Assembly (NCBI GenBank): GCA_002688135.1 | Contig: NZCD01000031.1 | Location: 4,544 to 68,543, forward strand | Reading direction: 5' to 3' | Length of the DNA: 64,000 nt | DNA from: Parcubacteria group bacterium | GTDB lineage: Bacteria; Patescibacteriota; Patescibacteriia; Magasanikbacterales; GCA-002688135 | Shown: positions 58,638 through 64,000 of the stretch, one piece after another | Layout of the letters: every line of letters begins with the position of its first letter | Position numbering within the stretch: the stretch's first letter is position 1 | Made by a program: the position numbers and the translations under genes | The notes under the pieces: model-generated | What the model was told of the DNA's origin: nothing | Database searches by the model: none | Seen by the model: only the letters and a program-made list of their open reading frames with translations

Positions 58638-59615
58638 ATGCAAAACGATTACTACAAAGGAAAAAGGGTTTTAGTCACTGGCGCAGACGGCTTCATGGGG
58701 TCACATCTCGTGGACGCATTATTAGCGCAGGGAGCTGAAGTTTCTGTGTTTGTGCGCGGAAATTCTGTAACAGGCACCAACATTAATCAGTTAAAAAATC
58801 TGTCACACGCAGAAGGTAAGCTCAATAAGGTGATAGGTGGTGATGTAGGAAATCCCGATACGATTTCGCTCATTAAAAACAGCGCACCAGAAATCGTTTT
58901 TCATTTAGCAGCTGACGCATACGTTCCAAAGTCTTTCGAGCAGCCTCTTGAGGTTTGGCAGACAAATGCTACGGGGACGTTGCATGTGCTTGAAGGAGCT
59001 CGTGCATGTGGTGCACAACGCATAGTCTGCACATCAAGTTCAGAGGTATATGGGCATTGTGCTGGGTCAATTGATGAGCTTACGGAAATGCGGCCAACAT
59101 CAATCTATGGAGCCTCAAAATGTGCCGCAGATAGAGTAGCGTTCGCACATCACACACAGTTCGGTACACCAGTTGCAATTGTGAGACCGTTCAATACGTA
59201 TGGCCCCCGACATACATATGATGTAATCCCGTACTTCATTAAACTAGCGTTTGATGGAAAAGATCTGACAGTTCATGGAGATGGAACACAAACTCGCGAC
59301 TTTACCTATGTTGATGACACGGTCCGGGGATTCCTTATCATGGGAGAACATCCAGATGCAGTTGGAAGAGCTGTGAATTTTGGAACTGGTACTGACACAA
59401 CAGTAAATGAAATCGCAGTGGCAATTCAAAAACATACCGGAACAGGAATCGGAATTATCCACGGAGAAGCTCGTATGGCAGAAGTTCAAAAAATGCGCAG
59501 CAACCCAGGACTTGCAAAAGAACTGTTTGGATGGGAGGCACAAGTAAGTATTGATGAAGGAATTCGTCGAAACGTAGAACACGTGAGAGCAGCACAGAGG
59601 GTTGTTGCCGTATAA
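58638..59615 (+). CDS. NAD(P)-dependent sugar-nucleotide 4,6-dehydratase/epimerase (extended SDR; Gmd/RfbB-like)
   Basis: VLVTGADGFMGSHLV; TSSSEVYG; YGASK (YxxxK). The N-terminal layout is loosely GDP-mannose-4,6-dehydratase-like. Because fcl is present in the locus a Gmd would be expected, but the specificity is unproven. Confidence 0.7.
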   Translation: MQNDYYKGKRVLVTGADGFMGSHLVDALLAQGAEVSVFVRGNSVTGTNINQLKNLSHAEGKLNKVIGGDVGNPDTISLIKNSAPEIVFHLAADAYVPKSFEQPLEVWQTNATGTLHVLEGARACGAQRIVCTSSSEVYGHCAGSIDELTEMRPTSIYGASKCAADRVAFAHHTQFGTPVAIVRPFNTYGPRHTYDVIPYFIKLAFDGKDLTVHGDGTQTRDFTYVDDTVRGFLIMGEHPDAVGRAVNFGTGTDTTVNEIAVAIQKHTGTGIGIIHGEARMAEVQKMRSNPGLAKELFGWEAQVSIDEGIRRNVEHVRAAQRVVAV

Positions 59616-59780
59616 TCTTTGTGATAAAACTTTCAAGTTTCGGGGTATAATCGATGAACACTTGATGAGATATAAGCCGTAGCTTAGTCGAAGAAAGTTG
59701 AGTCGATTATAACCGAAAATTGAATTTTTTAGCCGAAGACTTATATGGAAAGAGCCCTCATAAAAGGAAAAGGTAGTCGT

Positions 59781-60389
59781 ATGATTAAGGAGAGAGTAAA
59801 GCTTCATCCTACTGCTGAAATCGGCGAAGGTGTCGAGATTGGTGATGGTACTAAAATTTGGGCGCAAGCACAGCTCGGCGCAGGCGCTCGACTGGGTGCT
59901 AATTGCGTAGTTGGAAAAGGAGCATACATTGATCGCGGAGTAAGAGTTGGAAATAATGTTATGATTCACAATTATGCATTATTGTACCGGCCGCTTACGG
60001 TGGAAGACAATGTGTTCATCGGACCACAAGTTGCAAATGCAAACGACCCAACCCCTATCGCAAACGTAATTCGCGACACTGCTAAGGATCCGGGTACGAC
60101 TTTCAAAAAAGGATGTCGTATCGGCATGGGCGCAACACTTGCACCAAATCTGACCATTGGCGAATACGCACAAGTAGACATGCGAGCACTCGTAACTCGA
60201 GATGTTCCGCCTCATGCTATTGTGAGAGGTGTGCCTGCAAAGATTGTCGGCTTCGCATGCTTTTGTGGAAAGAAGTTGGGGAAACATCCTGAAATTCAAA
60301 TGGGCGCAAGCATCCATCATAGATGTGCTGACAGCAGCTGTGCTAAAACAGTAACAATCCCACTTGAAAACTACAAAAGAATGAAATAA
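59781..60389 (+). CDS. Hexapeptide-repeat (LbH) acetyl/acyltransferase (PglD/NeuD/WbbJ-like)
   Basis: Hexapeptide repeats IGDGTKIWAQAQLGAGARLGANCVVGKGAYIDRGVRVGNNVMI. The track start (59745) was trimmed to MIKERVKL. Confidence 0.65.
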   Translation: MIKERVKLHPTAEIGEGVEIGDGTKIWAQAQLGAGARLGANCVVGKGAYIDRGVRVGNNVMIHNYALLYRPLTVEDNVFIGPQVANANDPTPIANVIRDTAKDPGTTFKKGCRIGMGATLAPNLTIGEYAQVDMRALVTRDVPPHAIVRGVPAKIVGFACFCGKKLGKHPEIQMGASIHHRCADSSCAKTVTIPLENYKRMK

Positions 60390-60444
60390 AATACGAGCAA
60401 CTCAATAGAGTTGCTTTTTACTACTCACTACAAACTAAACAGAT

Positions 60445-61602
60445 ATGACCTTAGAAGGAGTCACTACGAAAGTAGCAGATAGAACAAAGAGTGTTTCTTT
60501 GGTGAAAGATTGGATTCTACATTCCGGAATCCAAAACCAAAGCGAAAATAAAAAATTACACGGTGCATTTAATGCGTGGCATGACATCACAAACAACACC
60601 TATCCATACATGTATTCAGAAATCACAGGATATGGATTATCAACTCTCGCGCACATCGCAGCAGAATTTGGTGATAATGAATTGATCAGACAAAAAATTA
60701 CAGATGCGCATGTGTGGCTGCGGGATGTTGCATTGCATGAAAGTGGAGGAGTGAGAACACGAGATTACTATCCCGGAAGCTCTGCATACAACGAACACTT
60801 CGATTTCAAAAATGAAACACTCTATACATTCGATACCGGAATGGTATTGAATGGATTGATGTCAGCATACAATCTAACAAAAGACGAAACACTTTTAGAG
60901 ACGGCAAAAAAGAATGCAGACTTTCTGCTAAAAGCACAAAAAGAAGATGGATCAATCTACGCATATTGGGAAGCTCATAAAGATGAATGGGTAGACAGAC
61001 CAGAAAAATGGTCGTCACAAAGCGGGGCTTATCATGCAAAATGTGCTATCGGATTATATGCATTGGGGAAAGTTGCAGAAAACAAAAGCTGCATAGAAGC
61101 AGCGCTGAAGCTGTGTGAATACGCACTTACACTCCAACATGAAGACGGACGATTCGTTTCATTCCGCGAAACAACAAACACAGAGCTTCATCCACACACA
61201 TACACAATTGAGGGATTGATGTATGTTGCGCAGCAAGAAAATAATCAAAAATACAAAGAGGCTTGTAATCGAGCAATAGAATGGAGTTTCACCTTGCAGC
61301 GATCCAAAGGTGGAGTATCAAGGAGTGTGCACAATAACACTCCAAACGATAATGAAAGGGTAGACGTACTCGCACAAACACTGCGGATGGGAGCTGTCTT
61401 AAATCAATCAGAAGAAAAGCTTCAAAAACTAGAAAAGCAATTATCCTCATACCAAACAGAGGGCTTCATATACGGTTTTGATAATGATGGAAACAAGTTA
61501 TCTCACACAAATGCATGGGTTTCAATGTTCGCCATTCAGGCATTTTCATGCAGAAAAACGCAGGAAAAAGGCGAAAAAATCGATCTGATCAATCTCATCT
61601 AA
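60445..61602 (+). CDS. Hypothetical protein, probably (alpha/alpha)6-toroid fold (N-acylglucosamine 2-epimerase / six-hairpin glycosidase superfamily-like)
   Basis: 385 aa of helix-rich repeats of ~50 aa with aromatic/Gly turns (SEITGYGLSTL, DTGMVLNGLMSAY, TIEGLMYVAQ). No NeuB or TIM-barrel motifs. Low confidence. Confidence 0.3.
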   Translation: MTLEGVTTKVADRTKSVSLVKDWILHSGIQNQSENKKLHGAFNAWHDITNNTYPYMYSEITGYGLSTLAHIAAEFGDNELIRQKITDAHVWLRDVALHESGGVRTRDYYPGSSAYNEHFDFKNETLYTFDTGMVLNGLMSAYNLTKDETLLETAKKNADFLLKAQKEDGSIYAYWEAHKDEWVDRPEKWSSQSGAYHAKCAIGLYALGKVAENKSCIEAALKLCEYALTLQHEDGRFVSFRETTNTELHPHTYTIEGLMYVAQQENNQKYKEACNRAIEWSFTLQRSKGGVSRSVHNNTPNDNERVDVLAQTLRMGAVLNQSEEKLQKLEKQLSSYQTEGFIYGFDNDGNKLSHTNAWVSMFAIQAFSCRKTQEKGEKIDLINLI

Positions 61603-61627
61603 CGAGAGGTATCGCAACCTTCTTAAG

Positions 61628-61726
61628 TGTCATCCCAAGCGCTTATTCTAAAAAATATTTTTCTCTGGAGCCTGCCCTCGCGGATGCGGGGGAGGGATCC
61701 CTCGACTAAAACGCTCGGGATGACAG
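61628..61726. repeat. Family-C element variant (GTGTCATCCCAAGCG ... GAGGGATCCCTCGACTAAAACGCTCGGGATGACAG)
   Basis: Termini TGTCATCCC / GGGATGACA with an internal GGATCC. The right half is the reverse complement of the C2 terminal unit. Confidence 0.6.
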
Positions 61727-61835
61727 TTTCCGAATGCATTCAGGTATCCTCACAGCAACCTTGACAAAAGGCCGCAAAAAAAGTAGCATAACCGAAATAC
61801 TTGATACTTTATTCTTAATACTTGATACGTATTTC

Positions 61836-62579
61836 ATGTACAAAAATAAGCGATTTTTCGCGGTGATTCCAGCCAGAGGAGGATCAAAAGGAATACCTCG
61901 AAAAAACATCAAAGAGTGTGCTGGAAAGCCACTCATACAATGGACGATCGAAGCAGCAAAAAAATCTGCACTGCTCGATCGTTTTGTTGTTTCTACAGAT
62001 GATGAGGAGATTGGGAGAATTGCAACTGCGTGTGGCGCGGATATGCCGTTTGTACGACCAGAAGAATTATCTACAGATTCAGCCCGCGGAATCGATGTAG
62101 CAGCTCATGCGCTGCAATGGGCAAATGAAGAAAGTGGACCATATGATTATTGTCTCATCCTACAACCCACTTCGCCGCTTCGAAGCGTTGAAGACATTGA
62201 TGAATGCATACGCAAAGCAGTAGATACGAATGCGGATTCAGTGATGAGCATGTATGAAATTTCTGACATGTCGCCACGAAAGTTCAAGAGAATTGTGAAC
62301 GATAAAATTCTACCCATGGCAGCGGATGAAGGCGCAACAACTGCAGATCGACACGACAGCGAACCAATTTACAAACGAAATTGCGCGGTGTATCTCACGA
62401 AAGCAGAAGTAATGCTGCGCGGTGAATTGTTTGGCGATGACTCTCGTCCATACATCATGCCAGCAGACCGCTCAATCGACATTAACGAAACGTTGGATTT
62501 CAAGTTTGCCGAATTTCTGTTAAGCGAGCGGAGATCTAAGAAAGGTGCTGATCAACAGCAAGTAAAGAGTAAAGCGTAA
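61836..62579 (+). CDS. Acylneuraminate cytidylyltransferase family (CTP_transf_3; NeuA/PseF/KdsB-like) nucleotidyltransferase
   Basis: FFAVIPARGGSKGIPRKNIKECAGKPLIQW is the hallmark N-terminal motif of CMP-NeuAc/CMP-Kdo synthetase-type enzymes. The track start (61734) was trimmed to MYKNKRFFAVIP. Confidence 0.8.
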   Translation: MYKNKRFFAVIPARGGSKGIPRKNIKECAGKPLIQWTIEAAKKSALLDRFVVSTDDEEIGRIATACGADMPFVRPEELSTDSARGIDVAAHALQWANEESGPYDYCLILQPTSPLRSVEDIDECIRKAVDTNADSVMSMYEISDMSPRKFKRIVNDKILPMAADEGATTADRHDSEPIYKRNCAVYLTKAEVMLRGELFGDDSRPYIMPADRSIDINETLDFKFAEFLLSERRSKKGADQQQVKSKA

Positions 62580-62650
62580 TGAGTAAAGCGGTCGGCGAAG
62601 CCGACAAAAAGCCGTAGGCTTTCCCTCATTACGCTTTACTCATTACGCGT
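62561..62650. repeat. Family-A hairpin element, near-identical core to the 53148 copy
   Basis: GTAATGAGTAAAGCGGTCGGCGAAGCCGACAAAAAGCCGTAGGCTTTCCCTCATTAC. Overlaps the stop codon of the 61836 gene. Confidence 0.75.
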
Positions 62651-62660
62651 CACTAATTTT

Positions 62661-64000
62661 ATGAAAATAGTAATTACCGAGTCAAAAGACTACTCAAAGG
62701 AAGCAATCGATCTGTATGGTTCGATGGGCAATGTTGTGGTATGTAATAATCTCACACGTGCGGAATTTCTAAATATAACACAGGATGCAAAGCTTGTTGT
62801 GGTTCGTCTGGATCACACGCTAGATAGAGAATTTTTTGAAAATGCAAAAGAATTGAAAGCAATTGGAACGCCAACAACAGGTCTCGATCATATTGATAAA
62901 GATGCAGCAAAAAAACATGGAGTAAATATATATTCACTTCGTGGCGAACAAGCATACCTCGAATCAATTGCAGCAACGCCAGAGCACACTCTTGCACTCT
63001 TACTCTCTTTACTGCGAAGAGTACCAGCAGCACATAAACATGTGATGGAAGGTGGGTGGAACAGAAATTTATTTAAGGGGCATGAGATCAAAGGGTCAAC
63101 AATTGGTATTTACGGATTCGGAAGAGTCGCGCGATTATTCGCAAGTTATGTGCATAATATGGGAGCGAAAGTAACTGCTTTTGATCCCTATGTAGATAAA
63201 CGTGTGATGGAAGATCATGATGTTATGTGGGTTGAGCGAGATGAGCTTTTCAAGCAGAGCAATATTTTGATGATTCACGCACTACTTACACCACAAACCA
63301 AAAACTCAATTGGTGAAAAAGAATTAGCCTTACTTCCACAAGGAGCATTTATCGTAAATACAGCGAGAGGACAAATCATTGAGGAAAAAGCACTTGTTGA
63401 AAGATTGCATCTCAAGAGCATAGCGGGGATCGCAGTTGATGTGTTAGCAGACGAACGCGATGATGGAGATTGGTTCAAAACAAGCTTGTTACACGAATAT
63501 GCCAAGCATCACGAAAATGCTATCATTACGCCTCACATTGCAGGAGCAACATACGACTCAATGGAATCAACAGAAAATTTTATTGCCAAAAAATGCATCA
63601 GATTTATGACAGGTAAAAACACAGAACAGGACAATAAACACTTTGACGATAAATGGATGGAAGCAATCACAAAACGAAAGGGACAGGAATTTTCCCTGTA
63701 TGTACCTGAAGATGAGAAACCAAAAACACAAAGACAATTCAACTTGCATAACTATATGGAATTCATCGGAAAGCAAGTGAAGGGCAGGGGTTTTACATCA
63801 TCGCTTGAGCTCGGCGCAGGGCGCGGGACAATTTCGCTATATTTGAAAAAAAGATTTGGATTCGATGTCACACTTAACGATGTTTCAGATAATGCGATGG
63901 AACTCGCGCGTGCAAACTTTCAATACTTCAATGAATCAGCAGAATTTCAAGTTGGTGACGCTGCAACACTTCCATTTCCAGATAACTCTTTTGATGTTGT
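62661..64000 (+). CDS. Fusion: D-isomer-specific 2-hydroxyacid dehydrogenase (N) + class-I SAM methyltransferase (C), 3' partial (runs off the window)
   Basis: Translated manually; the ORF is absent from the track because there is no stop in the window. GIYGFGRVARLF (GxGxxG NAD site), NTARG and PHIAG are D-2-hydroxyacid-dehydrogenase motifs. After aa ~330, LELGAGRGTISLYL and LPFPDNSFDV are methyltransferase motifs I and post-I. Confidence 0.7.
   Translation, partial: MKIVITESKDYSKEAIDLYGSMGNVVVCNNLTRAEFLNITQDAKLVVVRLDHTLDREFFENAKELKAIGTPTTGLDHIDKDAAKKHGVNIYSLRGEQAYLESIAATPEHTLALLLSLLRRVPAAHKHVMEGGWNRNLFKGHEIKGSTIGIYGFGRVARLFASYVHNMGAKVTAFDPYVDKRVMEDHDVMWVERDELFKQSNILMIHALLTPQTKNSIGEKELALLPQGAFIVNTARGQIIEEKALVERLHLKSIAGIAVDVLADERDDGDWFKTSLLHEYAKHHENAIITPHIAGATYDSMESTENFIAKKCIRFMTGKNTEQDNKHFDDKWMEAITKRKGQEFSLYVPEDEKPKTQRQFNLHNYMEFIGKQVKGRGFTSSLELGAGRGTISLYLKKRFGFDVTLNDVSDNAMELARANFQYFNESAEFQVGDAATLPFPDNSFDV

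Noticed and set aside
60445-61602. N-acetylneuraminate (NulO) synthase NeuB candidate
   Set aside because: The sequence has no NeuB TIM-barrel or SAF-domain motifs and begins with helical repeats. NeuB appears to be absent from the window.
17438-62650. Possible CRISPR array, because of the many short repeated palindromic sequences
   Set aside because: The repeats are palindromic and of several unrelated families. They are tens of kb apart, with no regular repeat-spacer periodicity and no cas genes.
1-64000. Transposase, integrase or phage genes that could account for the MITE families
   Set aside because: No ORF of at least 150 aa shows DDE, tyrosine-recombinase or HUH (IS200/605) motifs. 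The elements appear non-autonomous within this window.

Overview
The window is almost entirely a very large surface-glycan / glycoconjugate biosynthesis island from an AT-rich bacterium (~40% GC by eye). It is bacterial: sigma70-like TTGACA/TATAAT promoters and GGAGG ribosome-binding sites are visible. The gene content (many Wzy_C-TPR proteins, a giant Thr/Ser-rich surface protein, dozens of glycosyltransferases) resembles uncultivated CPR/Patescibacteria-like genomes, but that is only an impression. The locus runs in five parts. (1) 1-16192: a 5'-truncated Thr/Ser-rich repetitive surface protein, a secreted Ig-like protein, four paralogous Wzy_C(O-antigen-ligase/O-oligosaccharyltransferase-like)+TPR membrane proteins, and an antisense Cys-rich acidic lipoprotein. 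(2) 16203-29535: GT4 and GT2 glycosyltransferases, a GT4-GT4 tandem fusion, sugar-nucleotide epimerases, an AsnB-type amidotransferase and a methyltransferase-GT2 fusion. (3) 29563-34172: an MBOAT O-acyltransferase module on the minus strand, followed on the plus strand by a Nudix hydrolase and an LbH protein. (4) 34270-51512: GT2 domains fused to a novel polytopic membrane domain (plus a free paralog), a CE4 deacetylase, a sugar N-formyltransferase, GDP-fucose synthase, a Wzx-like flippase, an ArnT/PMT-like GT-C, and seven class-I SAM methyltransferases. (5) 51721-64000: a distinct module with two TagF-like GT-B paralogs, a CDP-alcohol phosphotransferase-HAD phosphatase fusion, NeuC-like and WecB 2-epimerases, a 4,6-dehydratase-like SDR, an LbH acetyltransferase, a NeuA-family cytidylyltransferase, and a 2-hydroxyacid dehydrogenase-methyltransferase fusion that runs off the window end. 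Three families of short palindromic/hairpin elements (MITE/REP-like) are scattered across the intergenic regions. Several of them intrude into coding sequence: they create N-terminal ORF-extension artefacts, a repeat-encoded C-terminal tail and an in-frame linker. There are no rRNA or tRNA genes, no CRISPR array, and no transposase or integrase genes. Product calls are from motifs read by eye; starts were adjusted where the supplied ORF track began inside a repeat element.
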